The notes under the pieces were generated by a model. That model saw only the letters and a list, made by a program, of their open reading frames with translations, had not been told where the DNA came from and did no database searches. Below are positions 1 through 9,102 of a stretch of DNA of 64,000 nucleotides, piece after piece; position 1 is the stretch's first letter, and every line of letters starts with the position of its first letter. Origin of the DNA: Armatimonadota bacterium (lineage in GTDB: Bacteria > Armatimonadota > Fimbriimonadia > Fimbriimonadales > GBS-DC). A program made the translations under genes and the position numbers. The stretch spans positions 95,463-159,462 of the forward strand of contig JBBIML010000012.1 of assembly GCA_037444405.1 (NCBI GenBank), written 5' to 3'.

Positions 1-118
1 GCTGGGGCACGAACGCGCCCTCCAGCGCCTCCAGAACCCGCTGGCGCCGCGCATCGGTCAGCACCCCGACGGGCGCATTCAAAGTAATCTGCACCTGACG
101 CAGTTCGATCGGTGTCAT
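1..118 (-). CDS. 5' part of a hypothetical protein running off the window edge (MTPIELRQVQITLNAPVGVLTDARRQRVLEALEGAFVPQ...)
   Basis: ATG at 118 directly follows the rng stop codon; open frame to the window edge. Confidence 0.6.
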   Translation of the reverse strand, partial: MTPIELRQVQITLNAPVGVLTDARRQRVLEALEGAFVPQ

Positions 119-1858
119 TCACACAACCTCCGCTTTGGTGATGGGGGTGGTGGTCAGCACAGGCTCGGCGAAGGCGAAGGAGCGTCGCACCTCGCTGAGC
201 TTAACCTTGTTGGTCGGCTGAGTGGGCGGTTCCGATTCCCACAGCAGCAGGTAGCCGTCCGCCGTCCACGCGACCTTTTGCTCCTCGTCCAGCGCGGAGC
301 GCCTCAGCTGGCATTCGACCACCTGCAGGGGTCGATAGGGCAGCTGCTGACGCTTCAGCCCGTCGAGCGTGCCCGCCTGAATCCGATACTCTTCGATGGG
401 CATTTCGGGTCGGGCGCGGGCGAACAGGGCGCACTCCAGCGCGTGTTCGAGCAGTTCGATGTTCACGCCGTCCTCGCCCACCAGATGCTCAATCGCGTCG
501 GGGTGCGCCTCGATCAGGTAGGCTTCGGCATGCTCTTTATGGGCGCGGGCGCTCAGCTCGCGCTCGATCCAGAGGCTCACCGTCTCGGGCGAGGGAATGC
601 GTCCGCGCCCGTGGCAGATGGGGCACGGAGCCGATAGCCCCTCCGTCACCGATTCGCCCGTGCGCTTGCGCGTCAGCTCGACCAGCCCCAGCGAGCTGAT
701 GCGCCCGATACGGAACCGCGCACGGTCACGCTTCAGCACGCGCTGCAACGCCTGCATCACCTGCCGATGGTCGCTCCGACGCGCCATATCGATAAAGTCA
801 ATCACAATAATGCCACCAATATCGCGCAGGCGCAACTGGCGCCCAATCTCCTCCACCGCCTCCAGATTGGTCTTGAGGATGGTGTCCGCCAGCGAGGTTT
901 TGCCCGTGAACTTGCCCGTGTTCACATCGATGGCGGTGAAGGCTTCCGTTTCGTCGATGGTGATATAACCGCCCGATTTGAGCCACACCTTGCGCCGCAG
1001 CAGGCGCTCCATCTCCTTCTCCACATTGAAGTATTCAAACAGCGGGGTCGGCTTATCATAGAGCATCACGCGCGAGCGCAGGCTGGGCGCAATCATGCGC
1101 AGCACCTCATGCACATTTTCGTACTCTTCGGGGTCATCGATCCAGAGTCGGGCGACCTCGGAGGAGAAGATGTCGCGCAGCACGCGATAGAGCAGGCTGG
1201 CGTCGCGATGCACCAGCGCAGGCGGGTCCACCTCCTGCGCCCGCTGGCGAATCGTCTCCCATAGCTCGGTGAGGTAGTCGATATCCTGCTTGATTTCCTT
1301 CTCGGTTTTGCCTTCGGCTTCGGTGCGCAGGATCAGCCCGAAGCCGGGCGGGTGCAGTTTCTGTCCGATCTGGCGCAGGCGTTCGCGCTCGGCGCGGTCT
1401 TCGATTTTGCGGGAGACGCCCAGATGGCTGCCGTCGGGCATCAGCACCACATAGCGTCCGGGCAGGGTGAGTCGGGTGGTGACGCGCGCGCCTTTGGTGC
1501 CGCGCGGCGCCTTGATGACCTGCACCAGGATTTCCTGCCCGATTTTGAGCAGCTCGCTGATGTTGCGCTTGCGCAGCTCCGCGCGTTTGAGCGAGGCGGG
1601 CGCCTCCTCACCTCCGGTCGCTTCGGGAAGGATGTCGCCCACATACAGAAAGGCGTTGCGTTCCAGCCCGATATTGACGAAGGCGGCGTCCATGCCGGGC
1701 AACACATTCTGCACGACGCCCTTGTAGATATTGCCCACCACGCGCTCGCCCCGCTCGAAGCGCACCTCCATCAGCTGCCCGTTCTCCAGCACAGCGATGC
1801 GCGTCTCGCGCGGTGAGACATTGACCAGAATCTCCCGTATGATGTTCTCGCTTGCGAT
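119..1858 (-). CDS. rng: Ribonuclease E/G family (Rne/Rng) with C-terminal TRAM-like extension; probable non-canonical start
   Basis: VGNIYKGVVQNVLPGMDAAFVNIG S1 motif, AIDVNTG, LRLRDIGGIIVIDFIDM, CPICHGRG Zn-link; start placed at ATC 1858 after GGAGG. Confidence 0.92.
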   Translation of the reverse strand: MASENIIREILVNVSPRETRIAVLENGQLMEVRFERGERVVGNIYKGVVQNVLPGMDAAFVNIGLERNAFLYVGDILPEATGGEEAPASLKRAELRKRNISELLKIGQEILVQVIKAPRGTKGARVTTRLTLPGRYVVLMPDGSHLGVSRKIEDRAERERLRQIGQKLHPPGFGLILRTEAEGKTEKEIKQDIDYLTELWETIRQRAQEVDPPALVHRDASLLYRVLRDIFSSEVARLWIDDPEEYENVHEVLRMIAPSLRSRVMLYDKPTPLFEYFNVEKEMERLLRRKVWLKSGGYITIDETEAFTAIDVNTGKFTGKTSLADTILKTNLEAVEEIGRQLRLRDIGGIIVIDFIDMARRSDHRQVMQALQRVLKRDRARFRIGRISSLGLVELTRKRTGESVTEGLSAPCPICHGRGRIPSPETVSLWIERELSARAHKEHAEAYLIEAHPDAIEHLVGEDGVNIELLEHALECALFARARPEMPIEEYRIQAGTLDGLKRQQLPYRPLQVVECQLRRSALDEEQKVAWTADGYLLLWESEPPTQPTNKVKLSEVRRSFAFAEPVLTTTPITKAEVV

Positions 1859-1907
1859 GGCTGTCGCCCTCCGCTGGAGATTGTACCCGATATGCCATAA
1901 TAGGTGT

Positions 1908-2792
1908 GTGGGTGTGATTCGCAAAGCGATTGTGCCGATGGCGGGGCTGGGCACGCGCCTCTACCCTGTCAGCATCGTGTTGCCAAAGGGGTTGATGCCC
2001 TTCGTGCTGCGCGACGGGCGCATCACCACAGGACTGCAGCTGATTGCGACCGCGCTTATTGAAGCGGGCGTGGAACAGATTGGCGTGGTGGTCTCGCCCG
2101 ATCAGGAGCCAGTCTATCGTCGCTTTCTGGAGGGCGATACGGCGCACTATGGCGATGTGATGGCTCGCAAGCCCGATTTGCAAGCCGCCTTGGAAGAGTT
2201 GCGACGCCTGCAGCGATGCATCACGCTGATTGTTCAGTCGGAGCCGTACGGGTTCGGGCACGCCGTCTGGTGCGCGCACGAGTTCGCGCAGGATGAGCCT
2301 GTGCTGGTGATGCTGGGCGACCATATCCCGTTGCGCACGGGGGCACGCTCGCCGATTGAGCAGGCGCTGTCGCTGTTCGAGTCGCTGCGGGCGCCGCTCT
2401 ATGCGGTCTATCGCGTGCCGTTGCAGGTGGTGGAGCGGTACGGCATTTTGCGGGGTGAGCCGACGGGGCAGCCGCGCCTCTATCGGCTCCAGCAGGTGGT
2501 GGAAAAACCCACGCGCGAGTATGCCCAGCAGTCGCTGCGCACGCCCGACCTGCCCGAAGGGCAGTTCTTCACCCATTTCGGCATCTACTGTTTCCCCACC
2601 GAACTCTGGCAGGTGCAGGCGGAGATTGCCGACGAGTACCGTCCTGGCAGGGGCGAATGGTATCTGGTGGATGCCCAGCAGCGCCTGCTCGCGTTCATGC
2701 CCGCCTATCTGCTGGAGGTGGAGGGGCAGATGCTCGACTTCGGCACGCCCAACGAGTACGCCCACGCCTTCCGCACCCTGCTCGAAACATAA
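1908..2792 (+). CDS. Sugar-phosphate nucleotidyltransferase (GalU-like)
   Basis: KAIVPMAGLGTRLYP...PKGLMP, QSEPYGFGHAV, LGD and VVEKP motifs; GTG start 6 nt after CATAAT. Confidence 0.85.
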   Translation: MGVIRKAIVPMAGLGTRLYPVSIVLPKGLMPFVLRDGRITTGLQLIATALIEAGVEQIGVVVSPDQEPVYRRFLEGDTAHYGDVMARKPDLQAALEELRRLQRCITLIVQSEPYGFGHAVWCAHEFAQDEPVLVMLGDHIPLRTGARSPIEQALSLFESLRAPLYAVYRVPLQVVERYGILRGEPTGQPRLYRLQQVVEKPTREYAQQSLRTPDLPEGQFFTHFGIYCFPTELWQVQAEIADEYRPGRGEWYLVDAQQRLLAFMPAYLLEVEGQMLDFGTPNEYAHAFRTLLET

Positions 2793-2864
2793 AACATAAA
2801 AGTTTCTGTGCCCGATTCTACCCCACGCCCTGCTGACGGGTACAATCGCTCCAGGAGGTGCGGC

Positions 2865-3176
2865 ATGCGACTCTATTACATCACGCTGAACACAGCCGAG
2901 GAGGCGGAGCGAATCGGGCGCGCGCTGCTGGAACAGCGGCTGGCAGTGTGCGTCAACTGGTTCCCCATCACCTGTGCCTACCGCTGGGAGGGCAGGATTG
3001 TGCAGGAGCCAGAGGTGGTGCTGATTGTCAAAACGCGTGAGGGCTACTTTGACGCCATCCAGCGCGTGCTGCAGGAGCATCTCACCTACACCAACTTCGT
3101 CGCCGAGCTGTCGCCTGTTCAGGTTAACACGCCCTTCCTCAACTGGCTCCACGCCGAAGTGCCACCTACACCGTAA
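2865..3176 (+). CDS. cutA: Divalent-cation tolerance protein CutA
   Basis: YIT...EEAERIGRALLEQRLAVCVN, YRWEG, E-VLIVKT; SD AGGAGG upstream. Confidence 0.9.
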   Translation: MRLYYITLNTAEEAERIGRALLEQRLAVCVNWFPITCAYRWEGRIVQEPEVVLIVKTREGYFDAIQRVLQEHLTYTNFVAELSPVQVNTPFLNWLHAEVPPTP

Positions 3177-3213
3177 GGGAGGCACCGTGCCGATTTTGTT
3201 CAGACCCGCGGAT

Positions 3214-3231
3214 GGGCGCGGTACCGCGCCC
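3214..3231. repeat. Perfect 18-bp palindrome GGGCGCGGTACCGCGCCC (REP-like)
   Basis: Seen directly; intergenic between cutA and the RM gene. Confidence 0.7.
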
Positions 3232-3286
3232 CTGCTTCACATCCGACCTGGATGCTATCTGGTTTTGTAAAGGTATGCTATAGCGG

Positions 3287-6118
3287 ATGGTGGCGCGGCA
3301 GGAGGTGTTGAACACAGAGCTGGCGCGCTTGTTGAGCCAGCAGGGGCTGGTGGCGTTGCCAGAACGACGGCTTCAAGGAGGCGCTCTGCCTGACCTGCTG
3401 ATGTCTTTTCGCGGGCTGCTGTTGATGATAGAAGGTGAAGTGGACGATCAGCCTCAAGCGGCGCATCGGGCGTGGCAGAAAGCCGTCGAGCGGGTACGGC
3501 AGGGGCTGGCACATCTCGCCCTCGCGCTGGTTTATCCTGCCCACCTGCGCACGCTGACGCCTGACCAGCTTGAAGACGCCCTGCGTCAGGTGAATCTCCG
3601 CTTTAGCCTCTGCACGCCGTCCATCCCCAAGGTACCTGAATGGCGCACGGGCAACCTGAGTGCCCTCGCCGCCACCCTGCAACAAGCCTATCAGGCGATG
3701 GCTTCAGAAGACGAGGTACGCCATGCCGTTGACCAGCTCAAGCAGGGCATCAGCGCGCTGGCGCAAACCCTGCTGTCCCTGCGTGTGCCCGACGCCCGAC
3801 TTGCCGAGCCGCTGGGGATTGACGCCCGCGCCATAGACCCCAATCAGGTGGAGCAGACAACCGCCGTGCGCCAGATTGCCGCGCTGGTACTGCTGAACGC
3901 GATGCTGTTCCACGAGGAGCTGACCCGTGTAGAGCCACGCGTGCGCACCCTGCAGCAGTGCGGTGAGGCAGGCTCCATGCACGACGCCCTGCTTGAAGAG
4001 TGGGGCAAAATTCTCGCTGAAATAGACTACCACGCCGTGTTCCACCTGGCGCGTGCCATTCTGATAGCGCTTCCCGCCGATTCGATGCTGGATAAAGCGC
4101 TCCAGCAATCCGTTCCGATTGTGCGAGACCTCACGCGCCAGCGCGTGATGCTCCGCCACGACCTGGCAGGACGCATCTATCACCTGTTGCTGGGCGATAT
4201 TGCCAAGCCGCTGGGCACCTACTATACCTCGGTGGCGTCGGCGACCCTATTGTTGCGCCTTGCGCTCCAGCCCGAACGCTGGCAGATAGACTGGGGCAAC
4301 CCCGACGCGGTTGGAGCGTTCCGACTGGCAGACCTGGCGTGCGGCACAGGCACGCTGCTGATGGCGGCAGTGCAGGCAGTTGTGGACAACTACCTGCGGG
4401 CGTCGCCCGCGCCCAGCGCGGACGAGCGCACACGCCTGCTGAAGGCGCTGCTGGAGGAGGGCGTCTACGGGCTGGATGTGCTTCAGTCGGCAGTTCATCT
4501 TACGGCGGCGACGCTGGCGTTGCCCATCCCTGAAGTGATGGCGCGCGGCATGCGCCTCTACACGATGCCAATGGGGTTTGACCCCCATACGCAGGCGCCC
4601 CGATTCGGCAGTGTGGACTTGCTGAGCGGCGCGCCCGTCGCGCCCCAGCTCTCGCTCTACCCCGAATATGGGCACGAGGCAGAACGCGCCACCGATGCCC
4701 AGCGCGCTCCCGAAACGCTCAAACTGCCGCCGCTGGACCTCGTGTGCATGAATCCCCCCTTCACACGCACCTGCGGGGATAACCTGCTGTTTGGCTCCAT
4801 GCCCAAAGCGGAGCGCGAGCGCCTGCAGAAAGCGTTTCAGAAGTGGCTCCAGCAGAACAGTGTGCAGGCGTCTATCACGGCGGGGCTGGGCGCAATCTTT
4901 ATTGCCGTTGCTGACCGCCACCTGAAGCCCGACGGGAGGCTCGCCTTCGTGTTGCCCAAAGCGCTGTTGTCGGGTGTGGAGTGGCAACCCTCACGCGAAC
5001 TGCTGACGAAGCACTACACGCTGGAATATCTGATTGTGAGCCACGACCCCGAACGCTGGAACTTCAGCGAGAACACCGACCTCAGCGAAACGCTGTTTAT
5101 TGCCCGCAAAACTTCAGAGAAGTCGGGCACACTCTGCCTCAACCTGTGGCGCAACCCCGACAACCCCATCGACGCGCTGCTGCTCGCTGAAGCCATGCGC
5201 AAACTCAAGCCGCAGGGCGCGCAGCGAGCCGTTTTTGACCTCTGGCTGGGCGACTCCAAGTGGGGCGAGGCGCTCTACCTGCCCGCAAGCACGCTGGAGC
5301 AGCTCCCCCACTGGCTGATACCCTGCGCCTACGCCCAGAGCGACCTGACCGAAGCGCTGATTGCCCTGCTCACCGAACATCGCTACGGCACAGCCAAACT
5401 GCCCCTCGCACCCCTGCGTGCACTGGGCGAGCTGGGACCAAGCCGTAACGACCTGTGGGACGCTTTTGACCCTGTAGACAATCCCCCTGGCTTTCCTGCC
5501 TACTGGGGGCGCGACTCCAGACAGGTGCAAACGATGAGTCTGATGCCCAACCGCTATCTTGTTAAGATTCGGGAGCCGCGCCGATCAGGGCGCCTTTTGC
5601 GCGACGCCGACTCGCTGATTGCACGCGCCAGCCGACTGCTGATTGCGGAGCGAGTTCGGCTGAACACTCTGCGCACTGTGGCGGTGCTTCTGCCGAAACC
5701 TGTTCTTTCTAATGTGTGGCTTCCCCTGAAACTGAAAGATGGACAGGACGAAAATGCGCTCAAGGCGCTCTGCCTGTGGTGGAACAGCTCGCTGCACTTG
5801 CTGTTGCTGCTGCCCTATCGGGTTGAGACAGAAGGCGCATGGGTCGCGTTTTTGCGTCGCGCTATAGTAAACTGCCCTGTGTTAGATCTTTCTGCCCTCA
5901 CGAAATCTCAAACATGTCAGCTGGCGCAGGCGTTTGATGCGCTATGCAACCAGCCCCTACAGCCCCTGCCGCAGATGTCGAGCGATCCTGTGCGAGCACA
6001 AATTGATGAGGCGATTGCGAACGCGCTGGGTTTGCCCGATTTATCGCCGCTGCGGGCACAGCTGGCGCGTGAGCCTGTGATCTGCTTGCAACCCCTGCGT
6101 CAGCAACGAGCGCGTTAA
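3287..6118 (+). CDS. Type IIG-like restriction-modification fusion (nuclease-like N-terminus, N6-adenine methyltransferase, TRD)
   Basis: GTYYTS (motif X), LADLACGTGTLL (motif I), CMNPPF (motif IV); N-terminal PD...IEGE; 943 aa. Confidence 0.8.
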   Translation: MVARQEVLNTELARLLSQQGLVALPERRLQGGALPDLLMSFRGLLLMIEGEVDDQPQAAHRAWQKAVERVRQGLAHLALALVYPAHLRTLTPDQLEDALRQVNLRFSLCTPSIPKVPEWRTGNLSALAATLQQAYQAMASEDEVRHAVDQLKQGISALAQTLLSLRVPDARLAEPLGIDARAIDPNQVEQTTAVRQIAALVLLNAMLFHEELTRVEPRVRTLQQCGEAGSMHDALLEEWGKILAEIDYHAVFHLARAILIALPADSMLDKALQQSVPIVRDLTRQRVMLRHDLAGRIYHLLLGDIAKPLGTYYTSVASATLLLRLALQPERWQIDWGNPDAVGAFRLADLACGTGTLLMAAVQAVVDNYLRASPAPSADERTRLLKALLEEGVYGLDVLQSAVHLTAATLALPIPEVMARGMRLYTMPMGFDPHTQAPRFGSVDLLSGAPVAPQLSLYPEYGHEAERATDAQRAPETLKLPPLDLVCMNPPFTRTCGDNLLFGSMPKAERERLQKAFQKWLQQNSVQASITAGLGAIFIAVADRHLKPDGRLAFVLPKALLSGVEWQPSRELLTKHYTLEYLIVSHDPERWNFSENTDLSETLFIARKTSEKSGTLCLNLWRNPDNPIDALLLAEAMRKLKPQGAQRAVFDLWLGDSKWGEALYLPASTLEQLPHWLIPCAYAQSDLTEALIALLTEHRYGTAKLPLAPLRALGELGPSRNDLWDAFDPVDNPPGFPAYWGRDSRQVQTMSLMPNRYLVKIREPRRSGRLLRDADSLIARASRLLIAERVRLNTLRTVAVLLPKPVLSNVWLPLKLKDGQDENALKALCLWWNSSLHLLLLLPYRVETEGAWVAFLRRAIVNCPVLDLSALTKSQTCQLAQAFDALCNQPLQPLPQMSSDPVRAQIDEAIANALGLPDLSPLRAQLAREPVICLQPLRQQRAR

Positions 6119-6214
6119 ATGCAAGAAACAAGTTTCTCCCATGAGGCGCGTTCGGCGCGAAGATCGGCATCCACTTCTTCGCGCGTGGGCGAGGGTTGGG
6201 TACAATAGACATGG

Positions 6215-7486
6215 ATGAAAGCGACGCAATCGGTGCCGACGGCAGGCAAGGCGTCCACCGAGCGCGATCCCGAAGTGTTCGCCACCGTTGAGGAAGCCAT
6301 CGAGATTATCCGCAACGGCGGCATGCTCATCGTGGTGGACGACGAGGATCGCGAAAACGAGGGCGATTTTGTGATGGCGGCGGAGAAGGTGACGCCCGAA
6401 GCGGTGAACTTTATGCTGCTGCACGGGCGCGGGCTGCTCTGCCTGCCCACCGATGGCGCACGGCTGGACGAACTCAACATCCCGATGATGACGCAGGTGA
6501 ATGCACCCTTCGGCACCCCGATGGCGGAAGCCATCGACGCCCGCACAGGCATCAGCACGGGCATCTCCGCGTTTGACCGCGCCCGCACCATCCGACTGTT
6601 TGTGGACCCTGCCGCCAAGCCCAGCGACTTCGTGCGACCCGGGCATGTGTTCCCGCTGCGGGCGGCGCCGGGCGGCGTGCTGAAGCGAGCCGGGCACACC
6701 GAAGCCGCCGTCGACCTCGCCCGACTCGCAGGGCTGTTCCCTGCAGGCGTTATCTGCGAGATTCTGAACGAAGACGGCTCGATGGCGCGCATGCCCCAGC
6801 TGATTCAAATCGCCCGCCAGCACGGCTTGAAAATCCTTACGATTGCTGACCTGATCGCCTATCGACGGCGCCACGAGAAGCTCATTCGCAAAGTTGCGCC
6901 GCCCATCCATCTGCCCACCCGCTACGGCACTTTTAACCTGCACGCCTACGAGAGCGAGGTGGATCCGAACCCCTATCTCGCGCTGGTGATGGGCACGGTG
7001 GACGACGGCGAACCCGTGCTGGTGCGCGTGCATTCCAGCTGCGTCACGGGCGACCTGCTCGGCTCCCTGCGCTGCGATTGCGGCTCCCAGCTTCAGCTCG
7101 CCCTGCAAAAAATCGGTGAGGAGAAGCGCGGCGTGCTGGTCTATATCCCGCAGGAGGGACGCGGGATCGGACTGCTCAACAAGCTGCGGGCGTACCATCT
7201 GCAGGATCAGGGGCTGGATACGGTGGAGGCGAACCGCGCGCTCGGCTTCAAGCCCGACCTGCGCGACTACGGCATCGGCGCCCAGATCCTGGTCGACCTC
7301 GGCGTGCGCAAACTGCGCCTGATGACGAACAACCCCACCAAAATCGCCGGGCTGGAAGGCTACGGGCTGGAAGTGGTCGAGCATGTGCCCCTGATTGCCC
7401 CGCCCACCGAATACAACCGCCACTACCTGCGCGCCAAAGCCGAAAAACTGGGGCACCTGCTGGAACTCGAAACCGAAGCCGATTAG
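6215..7486 (+). CDS. ribBA: Bifunctional DHBP synthase / GTP cyclohydrolase II
   Basis: VVDDEDRENEGD, RPGHVFPL, RAGHTEA, RVHSSCVTGD...CDCG, QEGRGIGL, TNNP. Confidence 0.97.
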   Translation: MKATQSVPTAGKASTERDPEVFATVEEAIEIIRNGGMLIVVDDEDRENEGDFVMAAEKVTPEAVNFMLLHGRGLLCLPTDGARLDELNIPMMTQVNAPFGTPMAEAIDARTGISTGISAFDRARTIRLFVDPAAKPSDFVRPGHVFPLRAAPGGVLKRAGHTEAAVDLARLAGLFPAGVICEILNEDGSMARMPQLIQIARQHGLKILTIADLIAYRRRHEKLIRKVAPPIHLPTRYGTFNLHAYESEVDPNPYLALVMGTVDDGEPVLVRVHSSCVTGDLLGSLRCDCGSQLQLALQKIGEEKRGVLVYIPQEGRGIGLLNKLRAYHLQDQGLDTVEANRALGFKPDLRDYGIGAQILVDLGVRKLRLMTNNPTKIAGLEGYGLEVVEHVPLIAPPTEYNRHYLRAKAEKLGHLLELETEAD

Positions 7487-7495
7487 CCGCCCTGC

Positions 7496-8386
7496 TCATT
7501 TCTCAAACAGCCAGAGCTGCACATTGCGGTAGAGGCGGGCAAGCTCGCAGGCGCGGGGCGCACCCAGCACGCACGCAGCGGTTGCGAGGCTATCGGCGGT
7601 GATGCCGTCGGGCGCGCGAACGACCGCCAGCACCAGCCGTGTCAACCCCAGCCCCGTGCGCGGGTCAACGATATGCGCATATCGCTTACCACCAATCTCC
7701 ACGAACTGCTCCGTGCTGCCCGAGGTGGCGAGCGCGCATCGGCTCAGGCTCAGCACGCGCGGCAGCGGCGTCGCTGGCTCCTCGGGAGCAGGACGCGCCA
7801 CCTCAATCTGCCAGCCATGCTGATCGGGCGGCGGCTCGCCGACCACCATATCGCCGCCCATCTGCACCAGCGCGCGCCGAATGCCGAACCGTTTCAGCGT
7901 GCGCAGGGCTTCGTCGCAGGCGTAGCCTTTGGCGATGCCGCCCAGATCGAGGCGCATGCCGCTGACGGCAAGTCGGGCGGCGCGTCGGCGCAGACTCAGC
8001 TCCAGCTTGCGCCAGCCGACTCTGGCTCGCGCGGCGTTCAGAGTCGCCTCATCGGGCAGTTGCCCTGTGCGGCGCGCCTCCCGCCAGAGCTGCGTCAGGG
8101 GTCCCACCGTGATATCGAACGCCCCGCTGGTTTGCTGCGCCAGGCGCTGCGCTCGCCATAGCACATAGAACAGCTCCTGGCTCACCCGCACCCAGCGTCC
8201 GACGGCTTGCTCGCACAGGCGCATCAGCTCGCTGTCGGGGCGATAGTCGCTCATTTTCGCCTCCAGCTCGCTCAGGCGATGATAGGCAGCCCGGCACGCC
8301 TCCAGCGCCAGCGATTCGCGCCCGGCGTAGACCACCAGCCGCGCCTCCACCCCCATCCGCACCTGCCGATACTCAAACCGCTGCAT
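7496..8386 (-). CDS. apbE: FAD:protein FMN transferase (ApbE family), no evident signal peptide
   Basis: GAFDITVGPL, DLGGIAKGYA, GGD, ATSG, HIVDPRTG, ADSLATA. Confidence 0.92.
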   Translation of the reverse strand: MQRFEYRQVRMGVEARLVVYAGRESLALEACRAAYHRLSELEAKMSDYRPDSELMRLCEQAVGRWVRVSQELFYVLWRAQRLAQQTSGAFDITVGPLTQLWREARRTGQLPDEATLNAARARVGWRKLELSLRRRAARLAVSGMRLDLGGIAKGYACDEALRTLKRFGIRRALVQMGGDMVVGEPPPDQHGWQIEVARPAPEEPATPLPRVLSLSRCALATSGSTEQFVEIGGKRYAHIVDPRTGLGLTRLVLAVVRAPDGITADSLATAACVLGAPRACELARLYRNVQLWLFEK

Positions 8387-8494
8387 GGGCAATCCTGTGG
8401 ATGGCTGAAGCCACGCTTCAGCGGTTCAGCCGCCAGACTGAAAGTTTACCCGCGATAGGATTCCGCAGGGGTATACTGAATGTGGTGAGAGGCG

Positions 8495-9064
8495 ATGGCG
8501 ACCGTGCCTTCTAAAGCGCATCCTCGCCCCCCGCGCAAGCGCAGGTGGAGCGAGGCGGATCTGCTCCGCCTGCCTGATGATGGGCGCAAGTACGAACTGG
8601 TTGACGGGAGGCTCAGGGAGGTGCCCACAGGCGGACAGCATGGATGGCTGGGTGTGCGGCTCAGCGCCCGCATTTTGGCGTTGCGGGCAGAGAGCCTCTA
8701 TGTGTTCGATTCCAGCACGGGCTTCCGCATGCGTGGGGGCAACATTCGTAGCCCCGATGTGGCGGTGATGCGGCGCGAACGCCTGCCCGACGGCAAGCCG
8801 CCCATCGGCTTCATCGACGGCGCGCCCGATCTCGCCGTTGAAATCGTCTCACCATCGGAAGACCCGCACGATCTACTGCGCAAAATCGGTGAATATTTCG
8901 ATTCGGGCGCGCAGGAGGTGTGGCTCCTGCTGCCGGAGCGCAGAATGGTTCACCGCTATCGGGCGCCGCTGGAGGTGGAGATACTGCGGGCAGAAGACAC
9001 GCTCATGGGCGGCGAGCTATTGCCTAACTTCGCTGTGCAGGTGAGCGAGCTGTTCGCCGATTGA
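8495..9064 (+). CDS. Uma2 family (DUF820) endonuclease
   Basis: YELVDG, RSPDVA, APDLAVEIVSPS, KIGEYFDSGAQEVW. Confidence 0.92.
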   Translation: MATVPSKAHPRPPRKRRWSEADLLRLPDDGRKYELVDGRLREVPTGGQHGWLGVRLSARILALRAESLYVFDSSTGFRMRGGNIRSPDVAVMRRERLPDGKPPIGFIDGAPDLAVEIVSPSEDPHDLLRKIGEYFDSGAQEVWLLLPERRMVHRYRAPLEVEILRAEDTLMGGELLPNFAVQVSELFAD

Positions 9065-9102
9065 CAGGGAACGCCTCTATCGTGTAGAATCGAGTCGTTG
9101 CG

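Noticed and set aside
1608..3185. 525-aa minus-strand ORF, and similar long antisense ORFs such as 6041-7456 and 40864-42267
   Set aside because: Shadow frames opposite well-supported genes in GC-rich DNA; no recognisable motifs
3187..3270. 27-codon ORF after GGAGG
   Set aside because: Runs through a REP-like palindrome and has no recognisable motif; unsupported
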